A DNA stretch of 64,000 nt from Mobula hypostoma. Lineage: Eukaryota. The translations under genes and the position numbers were made by a program. The DNA lies in NCBI RefSeq assembly GCF_963921235.1, contig NC_086108.1, forward strand, positions 97,032,001 to 97,096,000, in the 5' to 3' direction. Positions within the stretch are counted from its first letter, which is position 1. The number at the start of each line of letters is the position of its first letter. Below the pieces are notes generated by a model. It saw only the letters and a program-made list of their open reading frames with translations, was not told the origin of the DNA and ran no database searches. Positions 36,100 through 49,397 of this stretch are shown here, one piece after another.

Positions 36100-38900
36100 A
36101 CAATGAGTGTAAGGGCACTTTAATTGAATGCCCATAGTATTCGAAACAAGGTCAGTGAACTTGTGGCACAATTCAGTACAAAGAGGTATGATTTAGTGGC
36201 TGTTACAGAGACGTGGTTGCAGGGTGGAGAGGATTGGAAATTAAATATCCAAGGATATCAGGTAATATGGAAGGATAAGCAGGAAGGTAAGGGAGGTGGG
36301 GTAGCACTCTTAATTAAAGATGAGATCAGGGCAATAGTGAGAGATGATATAAGATCTAAGGAGCGGAATGTTGAATCCATCTGGGTAGAGATTAGGAATA
36401 TTAAAGGGAAAAAAAATTACTGGTGGGAGTTGTCTATCAGCTGCCGATTAATAACATTACAGTGGCACAGGCAATAAACAGAGAAATATATGAGGCACAG
36501 AAGAATGGAACAAGAGTTATCATGGGGGACTTGCACATAGATTGGGTGAATCAAGTTAGTCAAGGCAGTCTTGAGGAGGAATTCATAGAATGCATCTGTG
36601 ATGGCTTTCTTGAACAGCATGTTACTGAACCTATAAGGGAACATGCTATCTTGGATCTGGCCCTGTGCAATGAGACAGGTAAAATTAGTGATCTTGTAGT
36701 TATAGATCCCCTTGGAAAGCGTGAGCTCAGTATGATTGAATTTCTCATACAAATGGAGGGTGCAATAGTTCAATCTAAAACCAGTGTATTATGCCTAAAC
36801 AATGGAGACTACAATGGGATGAGGGGTGATTTGACTAGTGTAGACTGGGAACACAGGTTATGTGCTGGGACAGTTGAGGAGCAGTGGAAGACTTTCAAAG
36901 AGATTTTTCAAGGTGCTCAACAAAAGTATATTCCAATTAAAAGCAAGGACAGTAAGGTTGGGGAGAACCAGCTTTGGATAACTAAGGAAATAAAAGAAGG
37001 CATCAAGCTAAAAGCTCGTGAATACAAAGTCGCCAAGACTAGTGGGATACTGGAAGACTAGGAAAACTTTAAAAAGCAACAAAGTATCACTAAGCGAGCA
37101 ATAAAGGGAAACTAGATTATGAAAAGAAACTGGCACAAAATATAAAAATGGATAGTAAAAGTTTTTATAATGATATAAAGTGGAAAAGGGTGGCTAAGGT
37201 GAATGTAGGTCCCTTGGAGGACAAGAAGGGGGAATTGATTATGGGTAATCAGGAAATGGCCGAGGTTTTGAATGACTATTTTGTGTCGGTCTTCATGGTG
37301 GCGGATGCATCTAACATGCCAAAGAGAGATGTTATGGATGCAATGGGAGGTGAGGACCTCGATACAATAGCCATCAATAAAGAGGTAGTGCTGAGCAAAC
37401 TTGTGGGCCTGAAGGTAGATAAGTCCTCTAGTCCTGATGGAATGTATCCCAGGATACTGAAAGAAATGGCAGAAGTTATAGTATAAGCTTTGGTGATGAT
37501 TTACCAAAATGCTCTGGACTCTGGGCAGGTCCCAGCGAATTGGAAGACAGCGAATGTCACACCACTGTTCAAAAAAAGGATGTAGGCAAAAGGCAGGTAA
37601 CTATACGCCAGTTAGTTTAACATCTGTAGTTGGGAAAATGCTTGAAGCTGTCATTTAAGAAGAGATAGCGAGGCATCTGGAAAGAAATGGATCCATCAGG
37701 CAGAGACAGCATGGATTCAGCAAAGGCAGGTTCTGTTTGACAAACTTACTGGAGTTCTTTGAGGGTATAATGAGTACAGTGGAAAGAGAACAGATGGACG
37801 TTATTAACTTGGATTTCCAGAAGGCGTGTGATAAGGTGCCACATAGAAGACTTATCCATAAGATAAGAATGCATAGAGTTGGGGTTGATGTATTAACAAG
37901 GATAGAAGATTGGTTAACTAATAGAAAGCATAGAGTTGGGATACATGGGTGTTACTTTGGCTGGCAATCAGTGGTGAGCGGAGTGCCGCACGGGTCGGCG
38001 CTGGGCCCACAACTGTTCATGAGAAACATTAACGGTCTGGAAGAGGGGACAGAGGGTAGTGTATCTAAGTTTGCTAATGATACTGAATTGAGTGAAAAGC
38101 AAATTGTCAGAAGATATGGAGAGTCTGCTGAGAGATATAGATAGGTTAAGTGAGTGGGCAAGGGTTTGGCAGATAGAGTACAATGTTGGTAATTGTGAGA
38201 TCATCCACTTTGGAAGGAAAAATGAAAGAGCAGATTATCTTTTAAATGGTTAAAAAAATTGCAGCATACTGCTGTGCAGAGGGACTTGGGAGTGCTTGTG
38301 CATGAATCAAAAGGTTGGTTTGCAGGTGCAGCAGGGTATCAAGAAGGTAAATGGAATGTTGGCCTTCATTGTTAGAGGGATTGAATTTAAGAGTAGGGAA
38401 GTTATGCTGTAAATGTACAGGGTGCTGGTGAGGCTGCAGCTGGAGTACTGCGTGCAGTTCTGGTCTCATACTTGAGGAAGGATATACTGGCTTTGGAGGC
38501 AGTGCAGAGGAGATTCACCAGGTTGATTCCAGAGATGAGGGAATTAGACTATGAGGAGAGATTGAGTCACCTAGGACTGTACTCGGTGGAATTCAGAAGA
38601 ATGAGAGGAGATCTTATAGAAACATATAAGATTATGAGTGGGATAGATAAGATAGAGGCAGGAAAGTTGTTTCCAAGGGTAGGTGAGATTAGAACTAGGG
38701 GGCATAGCGTCAAGATTTGGGGGAGTAGATTTAGGACGGAGGTGAGGAGAAACTGCTTTTCCCAGAGAGTGGTGAATCTGTGGAATTCTCTGCCCAATGA
38801 AGCAGTGGGGGCTACCTCAGTAAATATATTTAAAGATTGGATAGATTTTTACATATTAGGAGAATTAAGGGTTATGAGGAAAAGGCAGGTAGGTGGAGAT
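36100..38900 (+). pseudogene. CR1 ORF2: APE endonuclease plus reverse transcriptase, frameshifted
   Basis: NAHSIRNK, VTETWL, GGGVAL, IMGDL, ILDLAL (APE); SPDGMYPRILKE, LDFQKACDKV, GVPHGSALGP, KFAND (RT). Confidence 0.95.
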
Positions 38901-39337
38901 GAGTCCATGGCCAGATCAGCCATGATCTTGTTGAATGGTGAAGCAGGCACAGTGGGCCAGATGGCCGACTCCCGCTCCTATTTCTTATGTTCATGCTATC
39001 AGCTGGATGCTACCTTGTCTTCATATTTAATCTTCCAAACATACTCACAACTTCACTCTTGACAACATCTTCCTTTACCCCTTCATTGTCCTATCCTTTA
39101 CATCTCACCTAGTTCCCCTTCTTCCATCTCTATTCCGCTTCAAAGGGAGTTTAGGGCATGACTTACTGTTAAGCGCACTGTATACTATAAACTGAAAATG
39201 TGTGAACTGGGAACAACCCCCTCACAGAACTAGGATTGAAAAAAAAAGAGCGAATCATATAACTATTTTAACTAAAGGTGTACTGCAAAAAGAAATATAC
39301 TGCTGTTCTCTGGAAATACCAAGTTCCAGATACTTTC

Positions 39338-39540
39338 AGAATCAGAATCAGGTTTATTATCACCAACGGATGTTATGAAAATTGTTGTTTTGTGTCTGCA
39401 GTACAGTGCATTACATAAAAATACTATAGGTTACAATAAGGAATATACTAAAAATAAATAAATAGTGCAAAAGACAGAAAAATAGTGAAGTGGTGTTCCT
39501 TAGGTTCACGGACCATTCAGAAACCTGATGGCAGAGGGAA
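39338..39540 (-). mobile_element. Rex1/Babar 3' end
   Basis: (AGAATC)n tail in reverse complement and CATTCAGAAACCTGATGGCAGAGGG (ORF end). Confidence 0.7.
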
Positions 39541-40509
39541 GATCCAGTTTTAGTGAGGGAAACATGACCTTAGTATCAAAAGTTGGTGCATTCAAGTTCT
39601 GCTTGATAGACATGAGCACATTGGGTTAGACGTTCATCTACAACCAATGGTAGCAATTAATTATACACATTTCTTATTGTACCTTACAGTGATCTTAATA
39701 TAGTGTACTGCACCGCTGCTGCAAAACAACAACTATGTGCTATAGTCCTCTTTTTAAATACCATTTCATTTAATGCTGCTATCATAAAGTACTCTGTCAT
39801 TTGATTGCAGTCCTGAGGGAGGACTGTACTATTGGAGGTGTTGACTTCTGGATAGAACATTAAACTTTGGTCTCTCCGATCCTTTCTTGGAACTTAAAAG
39901 GTCATATGAAGCTTTTTCTTGTTTTAATTCCAGCATAAAAGAAGCAAAGATCAGGGATCAACTTTTTTCGCCTTATACATTTACATGTATTAGGAAATTG
40001 CTGTGATGTGTTTGTCAGGGTGCGGCATTTAACCAAAAAACAACGTTTGACAATTACAAAGAATAAATAATTATATAAAATAAAGTTACAGATTAAAGTG
40101 CAGATATGGAATAAAATGTGCATAAATACCAGAATATATTCACAATGTAAACAACATTATGAAAAGTGGTTTAAAGTATTTACAGTGAAGGGCAGCAACA
40201 GGGGCTAATAAATCAAGGGGATGAGGGCTGGCTAACTGGAATGGTTGATCAGGTTAACTGCCTGGGGGAAGAAACTTTTAAGCTGGCATGACATTTTTGT
40301 TTTAAAAAGGAGGGTTTGCACATCGGTTGTTTTACAGTCTTTGTGTGCAGTTTTCCACTGATTGTATTGTATTCTATTTCTTTGTTGTACTGTGAACGCC
40401 TGCAAGAAAATGAATCTCAGGGTAGTATATGGTGACATATATATATACTTTGATAATAAATTTTCTTTGAACTTTGATGTTTGATCTAGCTTCTGCCAGC
40501 TATGAAAGC

Positions 40510-41022
40510 AATTTGTGCTGACTTTGGAGAGGGTTCAAAGGATTCACACAAAAATGATTCCAGGTTTGAATGGCTTGTCATATGAGGAGTGTTTGATGGC
40601 TCTGGGCTTGTATTCAGTGGAATTCAGAAGAATGAGGGGAGACCTCATTGAAACCTATTGAATGTTGCAAGGCCTTGAGAGAGTGGATGAGGAGATGATA
40701 TTTCCTTTGGTGGGGGAATTCTAAGACCAGAGGCCTCAGAATAGAGGGGCATCATTTTGGAATGGAGATGAGAATGAATTTATTTAGCTAGAGAGTGGTG
40801 AATCTGTGGAATTTATTGCCATAGGCAGCTGAGGACGCCAAGTCATAACATATATTTAAGGCAGGGGTTGATAGATTCTTGATTGGTCAAGGCATGAAGA
40901 GAGATGGGGAGAAGGCAGGAGATTGGGGCTGAGAGGGAAAATTGGAGCTGATGTAATGAAATGGCAAAAGACTTGATGGGACAAATGGTTTAATTTTGCT
41001 CCTATATTTTATGGTCTTATGG
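40510..41022 (+). mobile_element. CR1 3' fragment
   Basis: YEECLMALGLYSVEFRRMRGDLIETY read in the DNA; CR1 3' UTR. Confidence 0.9.
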
Positions 41023-41034
41023 AAAGGGTCAATT

Positions 41035-41775
41035 TTATTGTTTCCATTCCCCCGCTATTCTCTGCAATCTATTCTCCTTCGAACATCCATTGACTCTTCT
41101 CTGACTTTCCTACCACCCAGCTACACTGGGGGTAATTTACATCAGTTAATTAGCCTGCCAGCTAATGCATTTTTGGAAATTTGGAGGTAAACAGGAGTAC
41201 TTGGGGGAAACTGTGCAACCATAGGGAAAACATACAAATTGCACACTGTCAGCACCCTATGTCAAAGGGAACGTAGACCAAAAGACCAAAAAATATAGGA
41301 GCAGAATTAGGCTATTTGGATCATCAAGTCTGCTGCGCCATTTTGACATGGCTGATCCAATTTTCCCCTCAGCCCAAATCTCCTGTCTTCTCCCGATATC
41401 CCTTCATGCCCTGATCAATTAAGAATCTATCAACCTCTGCCTTAATATACGTAAAGACTTGGCCTCCTCTGCTTCCTTGGCGAAGAAGTCCACAGATTCA
41501 CCATGCTCTGGCTAGAGAAATTCCTCCTCATCTCCATTCTCATCTCCCCTCTATTCTGAGGCTGTGTCTTCTGGTCTTAGACTCTGCCATCATAGGAAAC
41601 ATCCTCTCCACATCCACTCTATAAAAGCCTTTCGCCATTTGATAGATTCCAATGACAATCACTCCTCATTCTTCTGAATTCTAGTGAATGCAGGCCCAGA
41701 GCCATCAGACACTCCTCATACGACAAGCCCAGGAGTTGTGAGGCAAGAACTCTACCAGCTACACCACTGTGCCAG
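41035..41775 (-). mobile_element. V-SINE interrupted by a CR1 3' fragment (41276-41728)
   Basis: Degenerate V-core at ~41170-41215; tRNA-like head resumes at ~41730; the insert matches the CR1 3' end at 8110. Confidence 0.7.
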
Positions 41776-41949
41776 CCTTTTGGGAAGAACAGTCATGGTT
41801 CTAGCAACATTCAGTGCATGAATTATCCTTTCATCAATGTCATATGTAATTTGGATAATCTGATAATGCTGCTATTTGTGAGATTTTGAAGAAAATGGGG
41901 TTCCTCAAACCTACCCTTCTCTAACAGTGACCAAATCGGGTGTAAATTC

Positions 41950-42340
41950 CGAAGTTCAAGTAAATTTATTATCAAAGTACATATATGTCACTAAATGCTA
42001 CCTTGAGATTCATTTTCTTGCAGGCATTCACAGTCGAATAAAGAAATACAACAGAATCAGTGAAGAACTGCACAGAAATAAAGACTGTGAAGAAACCAAT
42101 GTGAAAAAGAAGGCAAATTGTGCAAATACATAAATAAGTAATACTGAGAACATGAGTTTTAGAGACCTTGAAAGTGACTGCACAGGTTGTGTTCAGTGAT
42201 CAGTTCAGTGTTGAGGTGAGTGAAGTTATCCACACTGGTTCAGGAGCCTGATGGTTGAAGGGTAATAACTGTTCCTGAAACTGGTGGTGTGGGATTTAAG
42301 GCTCCTTTACCACCTTCCCGATGGTAGCAGCAAGAGGAGG
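41950..42340 (-). mobile_element. Rex1/Babar 3' end
   Basis: Colinear with 20385-20750. Confidence 0.75.
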
Positions 42341-42604
42341 AGAAACTGCTATTGAAAAAGAGACATGAATATCCATTTGGCCCTTCTAACATCCCAAGAT
42401 TTTATCTTCATACATCTTCTGCAGAACAAACTCATGATCTTCAATTTGTTACCAATGCAAAATGCCACTACTGTGGTAAAAATCTCTGCTGATGGGGGGA
42501 GCTTGGTAAATGGTAAAACAGGAAGCATCACTTCACACACCTGTCTACTTTTTCACTTACATTACCCAAGAATGAGAATGAATGTTTCAAATACTTTCTG
42601 AAAG

Positions 42605-42800
42605 CTCAAGAAAACAACCTCTCCCTCAATGTTGCAAAAACTAAGGAGCTGGTTGTGGACTACAAGAGGAATGGAGACAGGCCAGCCCCTATTGACATCA
42701 ATGGATCTGGGGGTTGAGAGGTTGAACAGCTTTAAGTCACATCACCAAGGATCTCACGTGGTCTGTACATACCGGCTGTGTGGCGAGAAAAGCACAACAG
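42605..42800 (+). mobile_element. Rex1/Babar RT fragment
   Basis: ENNLSLNVAKTKELVVDYKR read in the DNA, then VARKAQQ. Confidence 0.8.
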
Positions 42801-43381
42801 CATGACTATAAATTACGCATTGCACATTTAGACGGAGGTGTAATGTCAAGATTTTTACTCCTCGTGAATGTGAAGGATGTAAGTAATAAAGCCAATTCAA
42901 TTCAATTCAATTCAATTCTTTTTTTATTTTATTTTTATTTGGATAAGGTATTCACAAGTATTATACAAACTTTTCTTTACATGTATATCCTTTTCCATTT
43001 TTATATATGTATAAATCTATAATTATTCAATTCAATATGAATATAATGGGGTAACTAAATGATAAGGGTCTACTTTAAATATAATTACGAAAACCCCTCA
43101 AAATCTTCTTTGAAGATTTTTTTTAGCTCTATTTCCTAATTTATTGATCTGTTTTCCATTGTGTTATTGGAAGGAGGCCATGTTAATATAAATTTGTTGA
43201 TACAATGTGACTTGCAACAGTTGGCAGTGTCAATTGCACTCAGTTTCCATTGTGCTCTGAAGGACTGTACACTCACAGTTTTTATAACTCGAAGGATTCT
43301 TCCCTGGGGTCTTTTTACTTCTTTTTCTTACTGGTGCAAGTATCCTTTGGCTTATCAAAATTGAATTATAGTGGAGACATA

Positions 43382-44498
43382 CAAGACTGTGCTAAAGTGT
43401 TAGGCACATGCAAAAAATTCTATAAGGTGAATATGCTTTCAAAAATAATGAAATAAAAGATTTTTAAATATCAAAAAATTACTATAAAGAGCAATAAACA
43501 GTAAAAAGAAAACTAAATCAAATCAATATTTAGTGTGACCTTTAAAACTGCATCATTTCTCTTAAGTACATTATCATGCAGTTCTATAAGAAAATTGACT
43601 AGTAGGTTATTTCAAGCATTTTAGAGGACTTGCCACAGTTTTTCTGCAGATTTTGGCTGTCTCGCTTGCTTCTGTCTCTCCAGGTAATCCCAGACAGCCT
43701 TGATGATGTTGAGATCATGGCGCTGTGGAGACCATACCATCTGAAACTATATAAAAAAATCTCGGGTGCCTGAGACTTTGGCACAGTACTGTATTTGTTA
43801 TCATGGAGCAGAGAGTGAGTTTGTAACGGGATGTTGGGAATGGTGAGGGTGGTGCATCACAGGAGAGGTGTGGGCAGGGTGGGGGGCGGCGGTGGCATGG
43901 GTACAGACACACCCAGCCCTGAGACACAAGATCATTTAATTCCAAACAACTGGTTTATTTCCTCCATGGTTTTCTGCCTTTTTCATCAATCAACCTCCCA
44001 GCTCTTTACTTCATCCCCCCACCTTCAGGTCTCACCCATCACCTGGTGTTTCTCTGTCCCCTCCCCCACCTTTTAAATCTACTCCTCAGCTTTTTTTCTC
44101 CAGTCCTGCCGAAGGGTTTTGGTCCGAATCGTCGACTGTTTACTCTTTTCCATAGATGCTGCCTGGCCTGCTGTGTTTCTTCAGCATTTTGTGTGTATTG
44201 CTCGGATTTCTAGCATCGGCACGTTTTCTCTCTTAGTTAGTTTATTGATCATTACTGAATGTCTTTCTGCTGCTTTCCACTCTCTACCTTCTCCCTTCCT
44301 CTTTTCTCAACTATGATTCCCTTCACCCTGCCTGCCTTCCCACTCCCAGTCCAAAATAGAGACCCATATCAGAATCAGTTTTATCATCACTCACATACGT
44401 CATGAAATGTGTTGTTTTTTGTGGCAGCAACGCAGTGCAATGTACAATACTGTGCTCCCTAGCTATGTATGTGTGCCTAAGACTTTTGCACAGTACTG
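43382..44498. mobile_element. Second compound Tc1-type unit (internally deleted Tc1 + cargo + mini-MITE), inverted relative to 7598-9948
   Basis: TA-flanked TIRs at 43382, 43791, ~44445 and 44498. Minus strand ~43600-43742 encodes MVWSPQRHDLNIIKAVWDYLERQKQARQPKSAEKLWQ (Tc1 WPxQSPDLNxIE region). Confidence 0.8.
43960..44239 (+). mobile_element. Penelope pLTR inserted in the Tc1 cargo
   Basis: Degenerate hammerhead CAGTC-CTGCCGA-AGGGTTTTGGTCC-GAATCGTC-GACTG at 44101-44138. TSD GTTTATT at 43953-43959 and 44240-44246. Confidence 0.85.
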
Positions 44499-44984
44499 TA
44501 GCAATGACATCTGAGATGTGCTTTGAAATAAAATGAATCAGGTGCAATGACAAATTCATGAAATGATGCTTTTGACATTTGTAGTGCTTATAAGATACAA
44601 ATATAAATTGCATCACTTAGGAACTCAGGAAAGTCATGACAGGAGTGGGCCATTCATTCCCCTGAGCGTGTTTCACCATTCAGCTAGATTACAGCTGATC
44701 TGTGCATCTGGGTTCTATAACCCACAATACTCCTGCCATTCACGAATCTACCAGTATCAGTTTGGAGATATTCTGTGAGTTTGGTGGGGGCGTGGAGGGA
44801 AGCGTTCTAAAAATCCATTAACTTAGTTGTGATAATTTTTTAGCTGAACTAATTCAAGATTTACAGTCTGTCTGCTTCATCTTTTCAGTATTCTTCAGAA
44901 GAGAGAGGAAATAGTTCACCTCTACATTTGTATATTCTGTAGGTATACAAAATTAGGAGGGGTACAGATAAGGTAGACTGATGT

Positions 44985-45490
44985 TGAAATTTGAAGGATT
45001 GGGATTGCTAAATGCACATTTGGCTGTTTGAACAAGGTACTAAAGAATAACATAATTTCTATGGGGACGAAACTCAGAGTGTTCTGGTGCCACGTTCATT
45101 CCACACTAACATATGGAAGCAAATGTTGGGCGATATCAAAGCAAAGCGAGTGAAGTCTCGAATCTGTGGTTTTTGCAAAGAATGAAGAAAATATTGTGGA
45201 AGGACTGAGTAACAAATGAAGTGTTGCGGAAGCCCAGAATAAGAAGAGAGCTGATATCAAAGATCAAGAAACAGCAGCTGGAATTTCTGGGTCATGTACT
45301 GAGGAAAGAGAAGCTCGAACATCTTGCAGTGATGGGAAAAATCGATGAAAAAAAAGTCATGGTTGACAGCACATGACGTTCATGAATTACTGGAAAAGTT
45401 TTGAAGAGCTTATTAGAATTTCTCAGCTTAAAGACAGATGGAAAACCATAATCACCCGCATCGTATAACACAGCACATAATGCCGATGAT
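44985..45490 (+). mobile_element. RTE-clade LINE 3' fragment
   Basis: RIGIAKCTF...TKLRVFWCHVHSTLTYGS and QLEFLGHVLRKEKLEHLAVMGKI read in the DNA; AGATAAGGTA on both sides. Confidence 0.85.
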
Positions 45491-45494
45491 AGAT

Positions 45495-45885
45495 AAGGTA
45501 TACAAAATTTTGAGGGGTATGGATATACCCATACAAAACTATGAGGGCATATAGATAGAGTAAATGCAAGCAGGGCTTTTTCTCTGAGGTTAGGTGAGAC
45601 TAGAACTAGAGGTCATAGGTTAAGGGTGAAAGGTGAAATATTTAAGGGGAACATGAGGGTGAACTTCTTCACTCAGAAGTTGCTTCAAGTGTGGAACAAA
45701 CTACCAGCAGGAATGGTGGATGCGGGTTCAGTTTCAGCATTTAAGAGAAGTTCGGATAAGGGCATGGATAAAGAGGCTATGGAAGGTTGTGGTCTATGTG
45801 CAGGTCAGTAGGACTAGGCAGAATAAGAATTTGACATGGATCAGGTGGGCCAAAGTGTCTTCTTCTGTGCTGTAGTTCTCTGTGA
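45495..45885 (+). mobile_element. CR1 3' fragment
   Basis: FKGNMRVNFFTQKLLQVWNKLPA in ORF 45626-45811. Confidence 0.85.
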
Positions 45886-46364
45886 TCACTCAAATTTTAA
45901 ATTCCCTGAATTGTCTTAAAAACCTCATGTGGATCATCCCTTTAGTCAATGAAATACAAGCCCAGAGTAGGTAGTCCCCTCTATAATTTATCACTGTGGT
46001 GGTTCCAAACTACAGTACTTGCAGCAGAAATACTCATTCAAGGCTGCTTAGTGCGGTATAATAATGATTTAACTTATGAACAGACATCCAATGATCATGT
46101 ACGCAGGATATGGTGAAGTTGCAATAAGATTTTAAGATAAAGAGTAGGCAAATGAGATTACATACAAGGATATAACTTGGAAAAAAAATCGTGGGCTTCA
46201 TGGTTGGGGACAATTAACTGTGTATTGAAATGTCTTCCGAACAATCTTTGGTAAAGGGGATGCATTCACAAAAGAACAGCAATTTTGTTTTGACTTGTTG
46301 ACTCACAGAGAGAGTGGTGCTGGCATACACACGATATGTAACATGAAAATAGTAATGTACACAG

Positions 46365-46495
46365 ACACAAAAGAGACTTCAGGTACTGGAAATCTGGATC
46401 CACACACACAGAACACTGGAGAACTCAGCGGATCAGGCAGTAAGCGTGAAGCAAAATGAACAGTTGATGGCCGGGCCGAAACTCTTCATTAGGAA
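46365..46495 (-). mobile_element. Old Penelope pLTR end
   Basis: ACACAAAAGAGACTTCAGGTACTGGAAATCTGG...AACTCAGCGGATCAGGCAG matches the pLTR terminus. Confidence 0.65.
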
Positions 46496-48969
46496 TCTGG
46501 CTGATGACGTACGCAAGCAGTACAGTGTAGCATCATCCCTCAAAGGTTGTGCAGGTGCATGGCCATGCAGTAACTGAAATTCTTCCACACACATAGCCTT
46601 TGTTGCCATGCAGCTGTATAGGCCATGTAAATTTTCCTCCTCAGAGCAGTAGTTGGTCCATGCAGCTGTAAAAAAAACTAGAAAAAACGTTGAGTGTAGC
46701 TCACCTTTACATTTGCACAAGAATGAATATATTATCATCAAAAACAATCCCTAGATAGTGAAGATTACGATGACAATACAGAAAAATACTGAAGTCCCAA
46801 CATAAGCTCTGCAAATGTGCTCAATAAGACCAAATAAACGACTTTAGTGTTAAAATGTCTGGCTCTATAAAATCTACAGTCCTATTGATTTTAGCAAAAC
46901 AAGTCAGTAGTAATCCATTTTGGGGTTTGTTCCAAGATTTAAATAATAGTTGCAAATTTTTCAGTCAATCAAATGATAAATTATTGTGAAATTAAAGGAG
47001 GGAAAGAAAGGTAAGATTCCATAGAGCACATTTAATTTCTTCTGCTTTAATTTTACAAAGAATTTCAACTTAACCTGAAAATCTTACTGCACACCTATTT
47101 ATTGAAAATTAGGTTACGAAGTCCACTCTGCATGTATTTATGATTATTTAAACCGCAACCTGGTATAACAATTAACTTTATCAAAAAAAATCAGCCATCG
47201 TTTTTGATGTCTTTGCTGGCGTATGTATTTTAGAAATACAATGGAAAGGCGTGTTTCTGTAAATTGAAGCTCGGACTGTTCAGATGCCAGAACATCTTTA
47301 AGTTCTGCTGTTGAGATCACAGGACCTTCATAAGGACTGCAAATGGTGGCAGTCATCTCTTTTTAAACTGGCATAATAATGTGAGCTCCACTTAAGGTGT
47401 AATGAATAGAGTAATTTGGATTTTGTAGGGAGGGGCGATCGTAAAGGAGCCCGGGCAAAGATGTTATTTTTAAAATTACGAAGCAAGAAGCAAAAGCAGG
47501 CCACTTCACTTCTCAATCCTGTACAACATTAAGGAAGAACCTGACTGATCTATGACCTAACTCCATACACCCATCTTTTCCCCACATCCCTTAATACCTT
47601 TTGGTTATCAAAAATCAATCAAACTCAGATTTAAAATTGCTGTCAGAAGAGAGTTCCAAATTTCTACCACCCTCTGGTAGAAACAACTTAATTTAATTTA
47701 TTCTTTAATTTAATCTGTCTACGGTGAGCCAAAGCACTTTGGCGCAATGTTTGTCATGACATGCTTTCGCGAATGGATTTTTTTGGTTGTGAATGTATCT
47801 TTCCCTTTGTGTTTTATTCCAGAAATTATTTGTCAAGCTACAATGATGTGTGGCATGTTGTATTTCTGTTGTGTTGTGAAAGATTAAAGTTTCTTGAAAA
47901 TTTGAACCTCTCAGACTTACACTGGGGAAAAAAGTCTACTGTCAGAACATGGGCCTCTCCCTCGATACACATTATTAGAGTCTTTTTAGAGACAAGCAGG
48001 CAATTTTGCTGTCATTGGTCTCGTTTGAACAGAATATGTTTATCCTTGCAATACTCTTGGGGGAAGGTGTCAAAAACGGATCACCCGTGTGCAGGTGACA
48101 CAGCTGTTATACAGTCAATGGAAGTCTTTTTTATGTTACTAATAAAATAGCTACTGCAGACATATCCTTTCTCCTGCATGATTTATGACATAAACCTAAA
48201 GTTTACACTTGAAACTATAAAATGGTCACTATTGACAGCTAATAAGATTTTAACATTGGACAGACACTTAACTGTAATTTCTCTTCATCCTCTCTAAGTA
48301 TATTTAATTATACAATAATATGTTTGATTGTATTTGATTGTATTTATTTAAAATAAATGGTCAAGATTTAAAACTAATAAAGCTTCATGCTGAAAGTATC
48401 TATAGACAATCTGGAAAAGTGGCTTAACACGGAAATTATTTTTGTCTAAAATCTCAGTCAGGATATGGAACAGCAAAACAGTTAGCCATTTTTTATTCAA
48501 ATAGCATTACATGTATTTTTTAAGAATGAACTTTTTTCTTGTAAAGTACGTTAGAGTACAAATTTTTACCCCATTAGTCTTTCGGAAGCAGTTCAAATGG
48601 ATCATAGGAAGGCCTCCGATCTCGAAGGAGTGTTACGAGATTTTAATCAAATTGTGTCGGGGTGTTTTTCTTTGCCCACAGATTCATCTTGGCAGCCAAG
48701 AAAATGACTTCCCTTTAAAGTGGAACAGCTGGCTGCCATTTGAAAACATTACTCAGTTTTGTTTTAAGTGGCAACTGGCTTGGAAAATGGGAAAACGATA
48801 TGACGGTTGGAGATATGGATTTGTGACCTGGGATTGGAGAAATCGTAGGAAGTAGTATGCACTTCATGTTGACTGTTGCAAGAGTACTTGCTGTTGTCAC
48901 AGAGTTCAATGTGCTGAGGTGTTACATTTTCTGACAGTCATAACTCACTCCTTTAAGCGTAGAAGGGGA

Positions 48970-49007
48970 GAGACTTATCAAGTACTGTGAGACTTATCAA
49001 GTACTGT
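48970..49007. repeat. Perfect 19-bp tandem duplication
   Basis: GAGACTTATCAAGTACTGT twice. Confidence 0.95.
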
Positions 49008-49397
49008 AAGGCTGTGAGACCTTATAAGGTTCTAATAATGTCTTTTTTGAGTTATTAAATGTTAAATAAATAGCAGTTATTACTGAAATTTCCTCCCACT
49101 AGGATCCTGCCAAATAAATTCCCTTTTCAACAAAATCTTTTTTACCATAGTAAAATTTCACTAAATTATTCAACTCTGCTGACAGTCTGATAAACTAAAA
49201 AGTGAACCGAGCCAGAATCTGAAATTAACCGAATATTAATATTGCACTCCTTGCTGGGGATCTTTCTGATGGCCTGGAACTTCATAAAGTATGAAAACCC
49301 CAAAATGCAGAGACAACTTTCTTCTTCATGAATGTGCCTGAGACAAAAGAAATGGGAAGAATGTCCGCTGCATCAGCAAGAGTAACAGATGGACATA

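Larger units (their letters stand above)
34790..38990 (+). mobile_element. Near full-length CR1 LINE (5'UTR, ORF1, ORF2, 3'UTR), decayed
   Basis: ORF1 and ORF2 domains in canonical order; flanked by ATGTCCAT (34782-34789) and ATGTTCAT (38987-38994). Confidence 0.95.

Noticed and set aside
47144..47356. Protein-like minus-strand ORF (PYEGPVISTAELKDVLASEQ...)
   Set aside because: No recognisable family and no convincing splice donor.
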